From Rubripirellula sp. (lineage in GTDB: Bacteria > Planctomycetota > Planctomycetia > Pirellulales > Pirellulaceae), in the NCBI GenBank assembly GCA_965216875.1, contig OZ244207.1, positions 2,432,001 to 2,496,000 on the forward strand: a DNA stretch of 64,000 nt, in the 5' to 3' direction. The position numbers and the translations under genes were made by a program. The notes under the pieces were generated by a model, which worked only from the letters and a program-made list of their open reading frames with translations, ran no database searches and had not been told where the DNA came from. This document shows, piece after piece, positions 28,793 through 39,734 of this stretch; within the stretch, counting starts at the first letter, position 1, and the number at the start of each line of letters is the position of its first letter.

Positions 28793-28830
28793 CGGAGGAT
28801 CGAAGGTTCGACGGAGGATCGAAGGTTCGA
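28793..28830. repeat. Perfect 19-bp tandem duplication CGGAGGATCGAAGGTTCGA x2
   Basis: Read directly; each unit contains a TCGAA-GG-TTCGA palindrome. Confidence 0.85.
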
Positions 28831-28928
28831 TGGCAGACCAATGAATCGGAGAGGAAACGCCATCGATTCACCCTATTGCCCTTCATATTGGATTCGCACG
28901 CTCCCAGCGATTCCAATCCGTGATGGCC

Positions 28929-30131
28929 CTACGGTTTGGTGACACCATGCGTCAGAAGTGGAAGACCGTAGTAGCACAGCCAAGAGCGCGGAGTCTCGGC
29001 GCGATTCATCGAGCGCACGATCGCTTTCAGGTTGGGAACGTCCGGCCAATGACTCAGCGCTACCTCGAACGTCCCCAAGAACGGCGTGTTGTTTTGAATG
29101 GCCCGCTGATCGCGAAAGTAGTAGTCACCGTTGATTCGAGCGTTTCGAAGCCGAAAGAAGTCGCTGTAAAAAGTGGCTGACGCCTCAAGCGACTCGCCAC
29201 TAGGCGCTTTCCAGTTCAACCAATCCTCGCCAGTCACGCGTGTCAGAACTTCGCCGGTGTAAAGCAACAACGTGAGCGACAGATGGCAATAGGTCAAACC
29301 GGCGCCCTGGTTGGTGCGACTTCGGTCTTGAATTTCGCCCTCATGAACCGGTTTGCCTCGGCGACCCCCATGCGGTGCATCGCCGGGCATCAAGATCAAA
29401 CCGGCGACGAGCTCTTTGTAGTCCTTCGGGTTCTCAGGTGAATCGAGCGCGAATTGAATCATTTCGTCATCACCAAGTGCGGCGCCGAAAATCACCAAGC
29501 CGAGCACGTGCGAAGCATGATGGTTCTGAAACGTTTGCCCGCCAAAATCGTCGTTCTCTTCCCAACGTCGAATCCCTTCCTTGACCACCAATGACAGTTG
29601 CCGGATCCAGGCGTCGATGCGCACTCGCTTGTCCTCGGTCAGCGACGGATGACCGGACAACAAATCGTATGCGGCGACAAACGGCAGCATGCCGCGCGCG
29701 ACATCCATCCCAGCATTCGGGTAGCGTATTGATGGATCGAACGTTGTTCCTGGAAGCGGTGATTGACTTGCCCATGAATCGATCACCGCGATCGCCTTTT
29801 CGCCAGCTTCGATGTCGCTTTCTAATTGCCAAGCGTAGGCCAACAACCGTGTCGCGATCCCATCCTGCTGTGCTGCTTGATGAAAACGCAGCGCATCAGG
29901 ACCTTGGTAGGGTGTTGGATCGAGTTCTTTCGCCGCTTTGATTTCGACTTGGGCCTTTTGCCAATACGAAAAGAAGGGTTCTTGCTTCGACTCGATCCGC
30001 GTTCGCGCTCGATGAATCTTTTCCTTGTCACATTCGATCCGCGGACTCGCCAAAGCCGCTCCCGGCTCAGCGGCTAACGCTGAAACCATCATCGCATTCA
30101 CAAAAAACACTGCCACGAAGAACGTTCTCAT
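28929..30131 (-). CDS. Alginate lyase family (alpha/alpha toroid) secreted protein
   Basis: Signal peptide; QNHHASH (NNH-like), DRSR and GLTYCHLSL motifs; helical protein. Confidence 0.65.
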   Translation of the reverse strand: MRTFFVAVFFVNAMMVSALAAEPGAALASPRIECDKEKIHRARTRIESKQEPFFSYWQKAQVEIKAAKELDPTPYQGPDALRFHQAAQQDGIATRLLAYAWQLESDIEAGEKAIAVIDSWASQSPLPGTTFDPSIRYPNAGMDVARGMLPFVAAYDLLSGHPSLTEDKRVRIDAWIRQLSLVVKEGIRRWEENDDFGGQTFQNHHASHVLGLVIFGAALGDDEMIQFALDSPENPKDYKELVAGLILMPGDAPHGGRRGKPVHEGEIQDRSRTNQGAGLTYCHLSLTLLLYTGEVLTRVTGEDWLNWKAPSGESLEASATFYSDFFRLRNARINGDYYFRDQRAIQNNTPFLGTFEVALSHWPDVPNLKAIVRSMNRAETPRSWLCYYGLPLLTHGVTKP

Positions 30132-30307
30132 CTCTCGATCACCTTGCGACGCTTCGGCAAGTTACATGAGTTTCATTTGCTTGATGCTTCGAATTCGATG
30201 CAATAGAGTAGCATCCTTCGAGTGTCAGGCGGAGTGACACGACGGGGCGGACGACAACGATTTTCGCGTGAACGATCAAACAATCGATTCATTCAATAGC
30301 TCGATCG

Positions 30308-33300
30308 ATGGAGGGATGTCCGTTGCCAAACAACGCTCGGATTCAACTGCTGATGTCACTTGGGATGCTGTTGGCGTCCGCCGCGATCACATGGGCCGAC
30401 GATTTGCCGATCGTTCCCGAGGGATTTACCGTTGATGTGGTCGCCAAAGAACCGACGGTCAGCAACCCCTGTGTGCTGGCATTCGATTCCTTGGGGCGTC
30501 TCTGCGTCGCGCAAGGTCCGCAGTGGCGCGGCCCGACGCCCGAGACTCCGGGCGATCGAATCGACATCCTGCTCGATCGCAATGGCGACGGCATCACCGA
30601 TGACGTCAAAACCTTTGCCAAAGGTTTCAATAGTGTGCAAGGAATCGCTTGGCATGGTGCCGACCTTTGGGTCGCCAATGCGCCTGATTTGACTGTGGTA
30701 CGAGACACCGATGGCGATGACACAGCGGATGTCTACATCAAGGTGTACACCGGATTGGGCAATCTCGAACATTCGCTTCACGGCCTGAACTTCGGTCCCG
30801 ACGGCAAACTCTACATGTCAAAAGGAAATTCCAAGGGCTATAACCGGCTCGACCAACTCGCCCCTAAAGCGTTCCGCGAACTTTGGGGGCTGGCGTCACC
30901 CGATGGCGCCCCCGACTACAGTCCAGTCGAATTCTTTACACGTGAGACCTACAAACGCGCCTATCACACGCCGCAGGACGACTGGGGACAGCAAGGTGGC
31001 ATCTTGCGATGTGATCCCTATTCGCCAAACGGTTCAGAAAACGAGATGGGGCGTCATCTCGAGATCGTCTCGCGCGGCTTTCGCAATCCGTGGGACATCT
31101 GTTTCGACGATGGGTTCGATTGGTTGGGGACTGATAACGACCAAACCTCAGGCGACAAGGTGTTCGCCCCTTTCTTTGGATCGCATTTCGGCTGGGGACA
31201 CCCGTGGAGCTTTGATTGGAAAGGGATCGGTCATCTCCCAACGGTCCCTATCAGCATGCCTCTTTACGAGGGTTCCGGCGCAGGTGTGATCCATTACAAC
31301 TCGGATCACTTTCCGCCCGAATACCGGAATGTGTTTTTCGTGAACGACTGGATGCGCCGCGAAGTCTATTTGTTCAAACCAGAATGGGACGGCGCGTTTC
31401 GACGACACAACAGCGGCGGTTTCCCTGGAGTGTTCGCCCACGCTGAAGGTGGCCGATCGTTACCGGCAAGCTCAGGACGCGTGTTCGAGCCGACCGACAT
31501 CGAGGTAGGCCCCGACGGAGCTCTCTACATTCTTAGCTGGGGACATGGCTACGGTGCGACGATCGAAAATGGCAAGCAAGTCGATGCCGGACGCGTCTAT
31601 CGAATCCGTCATGAAAAGAGCGACTTGCTTCCCTGGCGTGATGTGGACCGTCAACGACCTTACGAACAATGGAGTTTTCAAACACTGCTGACAGACTTGG
31701 GAGCGAGTGTCCCCGCCTGGCGCGTCAACGCGCAAAACGAATTCCTTCGACGCGGTACGGCGAGCGAAGCTTTCCTTGCCTCATCGCTCAAGCAGGATTT
31801 GACCAAAGCGCAGCGGACATGGGCCCTTTGGACACTCGGCCGTTTATCGCCAACGGCACTCCTTGAAGTCTTCGAATCACAAAACGATGACATCAACACC
31901 CACATCCAATGCCTGCGTATCCTTGCACAGCAAAAACCCGCCCTATTGGATCGATTGTTAGCTTGGGATTCGAAAAACGCGAGGCTCCGTCACGCGACCG
32001 TGCAAGCGGTTTGGCAAAGCAATCGTGTCGACCTCGCCGGCAGGTTGCTTGAACTCACCGCAACGGAAACAGATCGAGTCGTTTTTTACTCAGCATGGAA
32101 TGCGCTGCGCGATCTCGTCCCAACCGAACAGCTCAGGGAACTGATCAGCGATACCCGCCCCCACATTCGGCTCGCAGCATTGCTGGCTCTGTTTCTGGAC
32201 GATAAGCTCGAACCCGACGACGTCGTTCCGTTACGTACCGACAAGGACCCGCAGGTCGCCAGTCTGGTTGAACTATGGCTCAAGAAAACTGGCAATGCAG
32301 CGCCGTTGGTCGTGCTTTCGCCACCACCGGGCAAATACTCCGACACGATCCAGATCACGGCCAAGTCGACGATCCCACGAAGCATTTTGACCTACACGAC
32401 GGATGGCTCCGTCCCAGCGATGACGGGCAAACGCGTCGCGGGCCCCATCACCGTACAGCAAGATTCAACGCTACGATTTGGGCTCTTTCAAGATCATCAG
32501 CAAGCGGGCGCCATCACCGACGCCGAGTATACGATTCGGCCATCGCAAACCTATCGACATCGCGAGTTCATTCACGATTTCGTTTCTGACAGCGGCCGGC
32601 ACTACGAAATCGATTGGCGTGGGCTGGGCGCAGGCAAGCGTCATTACACCGACCGCGACTACCGGATCGTTGACTTCCCGGCTGAGCTAGCCGGCATCCC
32701 ATTTTTGCGGACCGCAAACGGCGATGACCGTCGTCTTGTCAAGCAACTCATGACCTTCAGGACGGATTCGGAAACCACCGTGCTTGTTGGCGTCGATGCG
32801 CGAAACCCCGAATCTCTTGCATGGATGAGAGTTAACGAAAGCGATGGATTCCATGACACGGGATTGCAAATCATCACAGACGACCCCACTTTCAATGTCT
32901 ACGCCAAACGGTTTCCTGCCGGACAGATCTCGCTGGGCCCAAACCTCAACCGCCCAACGGACTCGGGGCGCGGCAATTACATCGTTCTCTTCAAACGCGA
33001 CATCCTCAGTCAACGGCATCAACCCACCCCAGTAACCGTCGAGCAAGCGGTCGCAGCGATGTCGTCGGCAAACCCGCAGCGAGGACGCGAGCTGTTTCTA
33101 CACCCGCAAGGCGCCGGCTGTTTTAAGTGTCATCAGATGCACGGGATCGGCAACGTCCTCGGCCCAGACCTCTCTGACATCGGCACACGTGCCAAGAAAG
33201 CAGAGGTCCTGATCGAGTCGATCATTCATCCGAGCAAGGTCATTACTGAAGGCTTTGCCCAACAAAAGGTCCTCACGGTCGACGGACGCGTGGTCGCTGG

Positions 33301-34393
33301 CTCGGTCCTTGAGGAGACGGGACGTGTTCTCAAACTTGCGGGATCAGATGGGAGCATCACCACGATCAACCAGGAAGATATCGAGAAGCGGGTTGGCACA
33401 AAACTATCCCCGATGCCCGATGGCTTTGCCACCATGATGACCGCACAACAGATCGCTGATCTCGCCGCGTGGATGATGACGCAGAAGACCTTGGGCAATC
33501 GCGAGGGATTCTGGTTTCGCGATGACGGTGACAACCTACACATTCACTTTCGCGAGCAACGCATTGCCACGTACCTCAAGCGACATCCCAAACTCACGCG
33601 CCGCGCCTTGGTGAACGTGACGACGCCAAGCGGGATTCAGGTCACGCGAAACTTTCCTCCCCGAGCACCTGAAGACATCGACCCAGGATACAAGGCCGAA
33701 CTCGGGATCATTCATCCCATCATGCATCCAGGACTTTGGATCAGTTTCGGGGACGTCGACGGAAACGATTTCTGGCGACTGAAATCAAAGGCCACGTTTG
33801 ATCAGTTCACGAATCGCCCGCAAGGCAATCAAAGCGAAGGCAGCTTTACCGCATTGAACCGGCTGATGAATGAAGAGGGAAACCGCGAGGTTTGCCGCGA
33901 ACGCACTCATTACCATATCGAACGCATCGACGAAGGGCTGCGACTGCGGCTGACTGCCGAATACTGGTCCGAGACCGATGACTTCTATTTTGGCGACCAA
34001 GAAGAATCGGGGCTCGCGATTCGTGTCGCGTCGCCGATTCGCGTTCAAGGTGGTAACGGGACAATCTTGAATGATCGTGGACAACGAAATGGCGGCGAAA
34101 TCTGGGGCAAGGAAGCCAAATGGTTCGACTACTTTGGAATCATTGACGGCCGAGAGGTGGGCGTGATGGTGATTCCTGATCCTGACAATCCGCGTCCCTC
34201 ATGGCTCCACGCCCGAGACTACGGCGTCGTCGTGACCAACCCGTTCCCAAAGCAACCAAAAGAGCGACGTGAACCCTACGTGAAGACCCCTATCAAGAAA
34301 GGAGAGACCTTCAAACTCTCCTACACGATCGTGATCCACGATCTTCCAGCCGGCGAGTTTGACCGGAATCGCGTCACTCGATCCTTGAAATAG
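30308..34393 (+). CDS. PVC-type heme-binding CxxCH protein: GSDH-like propeller, HEAT repeats, Fn3-associated domain, cytochrome c and C-terminal DUF6807/'PmoA-family'-like domain
   Basis: VPEGFTVDVVAKEP, GFRNPWD, PTDIEVGPDGALY; YTTDGSVP; GRELF..CFKCH..GPDLS..ESIIHPS..SPMPDG; HPGLW, DFW and WLHARDYG. Confidence 0.85.
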   Translation: MEGCPLPNNARIQLLMSLGMLLASAAITWADDLPIVPEGFTVDVVAKEPTVSNPCVLAFDSLGRLCVAQGPQWRGPTPETPGDRIDILLDRNGDGITDDVKTFAKGFNSVQGIAWHGADLWVANAPDLTVVRDTDGDDTADVYIKVYTGLGNLEHSLHGLNFGPDGKLYMSKGNSKGYNRLDQLAPKAFRELWGLASPDGAPDYSPVEFFTRETYKRAYHTPQDDWGQQGGILRCDPYSPNGSENEMGRHLEIVSRGFRNPWDICFDDGFDWLGTDNDQTSGDKVFAPFFGSHFGWGHPWSFDWKGIGHLPTVPISMPLYEGSGAGVIHYNSDHFPPEYRNVFFVNDWMRREVYLFKPEWDGAFRRHNSGGFPGVFAHAEGGRSLPASSGRVFEPTDIEVGPDGALYILSWGHGYGATIENGKQVDAGRVYRIRHEKSDLLPWRDVDRQRPYEQWSFQTLLTDLGASVPAWRVNAQNEFLRRGTASEAFLASSLKQDLTKAQRTWALWTLGRLSPTALLEVFESQNDDINTHIQCLRILAQQKPALLDRLLAWDSKNARLRHATVQAVWQSNRVDLAGRLLELTATETDRVVFYSAWNALRDLVPTEQLRELISDTRPHIRLAALLALFLDDKLEPDDVVPLRTDKDPQVASLVELWLKKTGNAAPLVVLSPPPGKYSDTIQITAKSTIPRSILTYTTDGSVPAMTGKRVAGPITVQQDSTLRFGLFQDHQQAGAITDAEYTIRPSQTYRHREFIHDFVSDSGRHYEIDWRGLGAGKRHYTDRDYRIVDFPAELAGIPFLRTANGDDRRLVKQLMTFRTDSETTVLVGVDARNPESLAWMRVNESDGFHDTGLQIITDDPTFNVYAKRFPAGQISLGPNLNRPTDSGRGNYIVLFKRDILSQRHQPTPVTVEQAVAAMSSANPQRGRELFLHPQGAGCFKCHQMHGIGNVLGPDLSDIGTRAKKAEVLIESIIHPSKVITEGFAQQKVLTVDGRVVAGSVLEETGRVLKLAGSDGSITTINQEDIEKRVGTKLSPMPDGFATMMTAQQIADLAAWMMTQKTLGNREGFWFRDDGDNLHIHFREQRIATYLKRHPKLTRRALVNVTTPSGIQVTRNFPPRAPEDIDPGYKAELGIIHPIMHPGLWISFGDVDGNDFWRLKSKATFDQFTNRPQGNQSEGSFTALNRLMNEEGNREVCRERTHYHIERIDEGLRLRLTAEYWSETDDFYFGDQEESGLAIRVASPIRVQGGNGTILNDRGQRNGGEIWGKEAKWFDYFGIIDGREVGVMVIPDPDNPRPSWLHARDYGVVVTNPFPKQPKERREPYVKTPIKKGETFKLSYTIVIHDLPAGEFDRNRVTRSLK

Positions 34394-34405
34394 GTGACAA
34401 GAACG

Positions 34406-36001
34406 CTAATTCGCCCGTTCCAAAGCCTGGCGGACTCGCTTCGGTGTCGCAATGCGTCGTGGGAAGACAAGCTGAGGTGAAAGCAGCAACGCGGCAAAGA
34501 ACAACACCACGGACACGGTCGTCACCACATAGACATAGCTGTGCATCCGGAACCCGCGCCCAACCAAAGACAATGTCCACGCCCAATTGGTGACCTGCCA
34601 GATCGAATAGGGATACTCGCGGTAGTCGTTCCAATGCAGACCGACGGAATACGGGATCAGAGCCATCAACACGCCGACCGCTACTAGGGCGGCAAGCCCA
34701 ATTTCGACGCGCGGGTGGTTGTTGATTCGAATGACTTTGATCACCAAACGAACTGCGACCAACATCCCAACGAGGTAGGACGAATAGCAAATCACCAACA
34801 TCGTTTGCACGTCCCGCGCAAAACGCCCGCCCGGTATCCCCGGTTGGGAATACAACCAGTGCAATGCAAAGATCATGCCTCCGGCAAGCACCACGATGTT
34901 CACCGCCGCAAAGACCAGCCCGGTCGCTGGGCCGGGTGTGAGCCACGTCAAACAGACTCGACCCGCAAACGTACTCGGCAACCCTCGTCGCATGCGTGGC
35001 GTCATCACAGGCGACTCGGCAACCATCATGCTGCCGCACGCCGCCCAGAAAATTCCCAATCCGGCCCCCAACGTGAGGACCGCATCGGGTGCGAAGCGGT
35101 CAAGTGTCTGCATTGCCAAGGCACAGATCCCAACCGCCACCGCGGAAACGACGAGTGTCGATACTCGCAGGTGAGTCGACCGATTCTCGCTCTCGGGCGT
35201 CAACTGCGCGGCCGTGGCCGACAACAGAAGATGGCCAAGCGAAAGCAGCATCCCGACAACCGAGACCATCAAAAACAGCATCATCTGGGAGTTGAGGGGA
35301 TTCCCATAGAGAATCAATCCGATCGCAAGCGAGCCGATGCCCCATTCGGCCAGCACGATAATCAGAATCACAGCCAACAGCGTGACGATCCGCCCCGTGC
35401 GACCACGAGCGAGCGGTGCAAAGAAGAGCGCGATGATCGTCAACAAAAGCGCGCCCGCGAGCAGCATCGCCATCAACAAGAGAGTTGTTGGCAGGTCAAC
35501 GCCACGGAGCGTGTAAGCGTAGGCAACGCACGGGAAGAGGGCGACGAAATACAACAGCATCTGAAGCGAGGCACTCGCCAGTTTCCCGAGCACAATGTGC
35601 CAGGCACTTAGCGTTGTGATCGAAAGCAGCTCCAACGTCCCATCATCAATCTCGCCTTCGAGCGATCGATACGCGGCCAATGGCACGACCATCAACATGG
35701 GGATCGCCAGCACGATGTAGTAGCCGATCAGCAATCGGGGAGCCGACGGTTGCGTGTAGATCTGTGGCATCAACGTCAGCGAACCGACCACCGTCCATGC
35801 CAACGCTGCGAACAACAGCACGGAAAAGGTCATCACGAACTGACGGCTCTTGAGCGCTTGACGAGTCTCTTTGACCAAAATCGGGTTGAGCGAATCGCCG
35901 ATACGTTCGCACCAATCATCAATGCGAATCCAAAATCCGCTCTCGACATCAGCCGATGGATCTTCGCCAACAGGTTCGTTTGCGATGCTTGCACTCGCCA
36001 T
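34406..36001 (-). CDS. ABC-2 type exporter permease
   Basis: NPILVKETRQAL, EIDDGTLELLSITTL..IVLGKL, about 12 TM segments; follows the ABC ATPase. Confidence 0.85.
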   Translation of the reverse strand: MASASIANEPVGEDPSADVESGFWIRIDDWCERIGDSLNPILVKETRQALKSRQFVMTFSVLLFAALAWTVVGSLTLMPQIYTQPSAPRLLIGYYIVLAIPMLMVVPLAAYRSLEGEIDDGTLELLSITTLSAWHIVLGKLASASLQMLLYFVALFPCVAYAYTLRGVDLPTTLLLMAMLLAGALLLTIIALFFAPLARGRTGRIVTLLAVILIIVLAEWGIGSLAIGLILYGNPLNSQMMLFLMVSVVGMLLSLGHLLLSATAAQLTPESENRSTHLRVSTLVVSAVAVGICALAMQTLDRFAPDAVLTLGAGLGIFWAACGSMMVAESPVMTPRMRRGLPSTFAGRVCLTWLTPGPATGLVFAAVNIVVLAGGMIFALHWLYSQPGIPGGRFARDVQTMLVICYSSYLVGMLVAVRLVIKVIRINNHPRVEIGLAALVAVGVLMALIPYSVGLHWNDYREYPYSIWQVTNWAWTLSLVGRGFRMHSYVYVVTTVSVVLFFAALLLSPQLVFPRRIATPKRVRQALERAN

Positions 36002-36013
36002 TCTGCGTCCCGA

Positions 36014-37072
36014 CTACTGAACCAAACCTTCGGTGACCTGCAAGAAGACGTCCTCAAGGCTCTTCTTGTGCGAACTCACCTCAGCGACTTCGTAACCTTG
36101 CCCTACGAGCCAAGCGACCAGAGACGCCTGCTTCTTGTGATCGCCTTCAAACTCAAAGCGGATCAATTCCCCGTCGACAATGGGCGTCTCGATCCCATGT
36201 TCTTGACTCAGTCCAGCCGCTGCATCGCTCGCCCGTTCAAGCACACGAATCACCACATCACGATGCTGAGTTCGTTGACGTTGGATATCGTCAACACTAC
36301 CGGTCGCGAGCAATTTGCCCTGTTCAATGATTCCAACCGAATCGCACATCTCGGCAAGCTCAGTCAAAATATGACTGCTGATCAGAACCGTTTTGCCGCG
36401 GTCGGCAAGTTCGCGAATCATCCGACGAAGCTCAATCCGCGCTCTTGGGTCCAACCCCGCCGCGGGTTCGTCCAAGATCAACACGGCCGGGTCGTGGATC
36501 AACGCGCGGCCAAGGCACAATCGCTGCTTCATGCCCTTACTCAGCCCACGGATCGGCTTGTTCGCCATCCCGTCGGTACCGGTGAAGCCAAGCACCCAAT
36601 TCAATCGCTCGTTGCGTTGACGGCCGACCAGTCCATAAGCACGCGCAAAGAAATCGAGATACTCTTTGCAGTTCACATCTCGGTAGGTTCCGAACGAATC
36701 GGGCATGAAACCAAGCTCGCGACGCACCAATTCGGGATCGTTGACCACCGAAAAACCGTCGATAAATGCATCCCCATAACTCGGCAAATCCAACGTGGCA
36801 AGAATCCGCATCGACGTCGTCTTGCCGGCTCCGTTGGGACCGATGTAGCCAAACACGTGCCCACGCTCGACGCCGAACGAGATGTCTTGAACTGCCTTTG
36901 TCTCACCAAAGAAGCGGTGCAAACGCCGCAGCTCGATACAGGTGCTCTCTTCGGAATGCACGCCGGAACTCGATGCAGCCGCGAGCACGGCCGACGCCAC
37001 CGAGCTGGTCGAGTCGCTTGCAACATCGCTCGACACGGTGCCATCGGCTTCATTCACACTTTCCATCGTCAC
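36014..37072 (-). CDS. ABC transporter ATP-binding protein
   Basis: GPNGAGKTT, LSKGMKQR, LILDEP, SSH. Confidence 0.96.
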   Translation of the reverse strand: MTMESVNEADGTVSSDVASDSTSSVASAVLAAASSSGVHSEESTCIELRRLHRFFGETKAVQDISFGVERGHVFGYIGPNGAGKTTSMRILATLDLPSYGDAFIDGFSVVNDPELVRRELGFMPDSFGTYRDVNCKEYLDFFARAYGLVGRQRNERLNWVLGFTGTDGMANKPIRGLSKGMKQRLCLGRALIHDPAVLILDEPAAGLDPRARIELRRMIRELADRGKTVLISSHILTELAEMCDSVGIIEQGKLLATGSVDDIQRQRTQHRDVVIRVLERASDAAAGLSQEHGIETPIVDGELIRFEFEGDHKKQASLVAWLVGQGYEVAEVSSHKKSLEDVFLQVTEGLVQ

Positions 37073-37083
37073 CCTTTGCGCCC

Positions 37084-39225
37084 CTATTTCATGGTGCCGA
37101 AAACGTAGCGAATGCTGTCGACAACCTCTGCCGACTCAACCGCAAGCACGTCGTCACTCACGTCCGCAGTGGCGACAAACCAACCGTTGGGAATGTCTCC
37201 GACGTTCAACAGAAGATTGTCAAGCAACCATTGTTCAAACAAACCATCCGTAAAACGCCGTTGCCCATCCCCGAACTCCTGGTTCAACGTCAACATCCAG
37301 TCACGAATCTCGACCCGGTAGTTGCTTGACGTTTGACGAGATTCGCGGACCGCCGTCTCGGGGCGGTGATCAATGTAGAGCTTTCCGAGCAGCTTCGAGG
37401 CTTCCGTTGCTGTGAGCAGCTTTGCGGTGGCTGTACGCTTGCCGCCCAAATCTTCGACGGTCCAGATTTCTCCAGCATCGTCGCGCACCACGATTTGGTG
37501 ATACGTGATCGCCGTTCCGTTGGTAATCACTCCGGTGGCTGGATCAAATGAAACCGAACCAACTTGGTCGCGTGGTTGGTGCGTGACAAACTGCCGTTGC
37601 TGACGAGACGGCAGAAACGAGCGCCCGAAAACTTGAAAGTCGTCTCCTAGCGTCACCTGCCCGGCTACTGCAAGAGGCGACTCGCATGCGTCCATCCAGT
37701 TTTCGCCACCATTGCGGCGGTGCTCGACGACTTCGGCATTGGCCGGAAAACGAATCCCTTGCGATGGCCGAATTCCGGCAAAGTAGGTAGCGCGAACGCG
37801 TTCCCCAGCGTCACCACTTTTTCCGTCGACCCAAGTCAACTGTCGCACCCGTGCGACCGTACCAAAGCCATCCGCGATGATTCCGTAGGCGAACATCGAT
37901 AAGGTTGTGACCATCGCAAGCAACGGCGCGATTGCGAACATCAAGTGACTGCGGCCTTGCTTGGCGGTCTTTCGATAAGCAATCGGCCCCACGAGAATCA
38001 CGAAGACCGTCAACAGTCCGATGAAGGTATAGACTGGCGGTTGTGCAACACCAGGAACAAGCCAGCGGTAGTATCGACCGTCACCAAGCATCGGGTCCGC
38101 CCCGCGGCGCAGCATCGGCGATCGATGGTGACCGACGATTTCTGACGCGACGCGCATTCCAAACTCAGCCGCCTTCGGCTGACTTTCCACAACTCCGATC
38201 GCTTTCCCCGCTCCGACGCGCTGCACAAAGACTCGTTTAGACAACTCTCTCGGCGTGGAATGATAGATCCGCGACACGTTGGCCCCGACACCTGCGCGCA
38301 GCGCAATTGCCGTCATCGCGTTGGCGATCGCATCGACCGACTCCCTCTCGCTTGCCTCGCCCGTCCACTTAATATCCAACCATTCCGATAGCTCTTCACC
38401 CGAGGCGACGTTGTCAGCAATAACCACGCCACCGAGGAGCATCCATTGCCGAAGCGCCGCGAACGCCTTTGGTCGCGTGCGGAGCGCATCGACGCTTTCC
38501 AGATTAAGCACAACGACATCAAATGCTTGAAGCCCACGCCAGTCTTCCGGTACTTCATTGAAACTGGCAAGACGCATGCTGTCCTTCTGCTCGAGAGGCC
38601 ACCGACGCTTTAAGAGCGGGTCGAACCGCTGTGTAGTCGCTCTCCTTTCAGCGTTCAGGATTACTTTCGAATCCGAAACGTAAAGCCAGTTCCCAGCCTT
38701 CTCGGGACCGAACACGGTTGGGATCACGAGTGCGCCAGCCTGGTTCGAGCTGAACTGACTAGGACGGCCTGACGCGATTGCCCCCGCATAGTCCGGCAGC
38801 GCCAGTCCATCTTCCAAGACGCTGACAAAGTAGCCGTTGCCGACCGTCCATTTAGGCAAGTACTTCACGACCTTCACCGACGCCTGCCCCTGAGACGCCG
38901 TGATCGGAACATCGATCACCATCGTGTTACGCGGCGGCGCGTGGTTCGTATCCATATTCCGAAAACGAAACACAAGTTGACGGTCAGCGGAAAACCGCGG
39001 CATCCCAATGACATCGATCTCGACAGGGATCATCCCGACGATCTCTTGGTCCGCGACAGCCACCGTCGCGGTAAAGCCCTTAAGCATTTGATTCGAAAGG
39101 GGCAGCTGCACACTCTCTGGTGAAGGAACCAGAAGGTTGTCATCGCCATGGCTACGCCGTGAACTGACGACAACCAAGAGGCAAAGGGTACAAACGAGGC
39201 CAACCGGGCGCATCACCTTGCTCAA
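37084..39225 (-). CDS. Large membrane-anchored hypothetical protein (ABC-associated)
   Basis: Signal-like N-terminus, PEDWRGLQAFDVVV (GATase-like fragment), two central TMs; co-oriented with the ABC genes. Confidence 0.75.
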   Translation of the reverse strand: MSKVMRPVGLVCTLCLLVVVSSRRSHGDDNLLVPSPESVQLPLSNQMLKGFTATVAVADQEIVGMIPVEIDVIGMPRFSADRQLVFRFRNMDTNHAPPRNTMVIDVPITASQGQASVKVVKYLPKWTVGNGYFVSVLEDGLALPDYAGAIASGRPSQFSSNQAGALVIPTVFGPEKAGNWLYVSDSKVILNAERRATTQRFDPLLKRRWPLEQKDSMRLASFNEVPEDWRGLQAFDVVVLNLESVDALRTRPKAFAALRQWMLLGGVVIADNVASGEELSEWLDIKWTGEASERESVDAIANAMTAIALRAGVGANVSRIYHSTPRELSKRVFVQRVGAGKAIGVVESQPKAAEFGMRVASEIVGHHRSPMLRRGADPMLGDGRYYRWLVPGVAQPPVYTFIGLLTVFVILVGPIAYRKTAKQGRSHLMFAIAPLLAMVTTLSMFAYGIIADGFGTVARVRQLTWVDGKSGDAGERVRATYFAGIRPSQGIRFPANAEVVEHRRNGGENWMDACESPLAVAGQVTLGDDFQVFGRSFLPSRQQRQFVTHQPRDQVGSVSFDPATGVITNGTAITYHQIVVRDDAGEIWTVEDLGGKRTATAKLLTATEASKLLGKLYIDHRPETAVRESRQTSSNYRVEIRDWMLTLNQEFGDGQRRFTDGLFEQWLLDNLLLNVGDIPNGWFVATADVSDDVLAVESAEVVDSIRYVFGTMK

Positions 39226-39551
39226 GACTTGTTCTCCCGCGGCGGCAGGATCTGGGGTGGCAATTGTCCATCAGCAAACGGACTGCCTTTGAGCGATTCG
39301 TCATCCGCCTCGTACCACAACGAGGAGATTGCCCACGAGATAAGGAACAAAGCGGCAAAGCCGACGAACGTGATTGCCAGATACCCCGCAAAAGCAACGA
39401 GGCTCATCGCCAGCGCTCCGCCTTCGCCAGCAACCCGCGCCAGTGACGCGAACACGGCGACCAATGCGGTCACACCCAGGGCAAACTTAAAAGAGACCTG
39501 CGGCAGCAACCGACTGCGCACAACGGGCTCAACAGAAGGCGTTTTCACCAT
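39222..39551 (-). CDS. Small hypothetical membrane protein
   Basis: Two TMs and SPFADGQLPPQ tail; stop overlaps the next start. Confidence 0.7.
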   Translation of the reverse strand: MVKTPSVEPVVRSRLLPQVSFKFALGVTALVAVFASLARVAGEGGALAMSLVAFAGYLAITFVGFAALFLISWAISSLWYEADDESLKGSPFADGQLPPQILPPRENKS

Positions 39552-39734
39552 ACCGTGCTGCAATAACTAGATGAGGAGGTGCCAGGGACTCCGCCATTGT
39601 AGCGGCCCGACGAGACTGCCGCGGCATTCCCAGGCATAGCCAAAGATACGCAGACGCACGGGGCACGGTTCGGCAAAACCTGATTCGGAGCGTTGGCGAG
39701 CGTCGTGTAGGGAAGTGAATGATGACTCACACCA

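Noticed and set aside
33500..34393. Methane monooxygenase implication of the 'PmoA-family' label
   Set aside because: Soluble beta-rich domain with no TM helices and no pmoBC; the label does not imply methanotrophy
35750..37108. 452-aa plus-strand ORF
   Set aside because: Antisense to the well-supported ABC ATPase and permease
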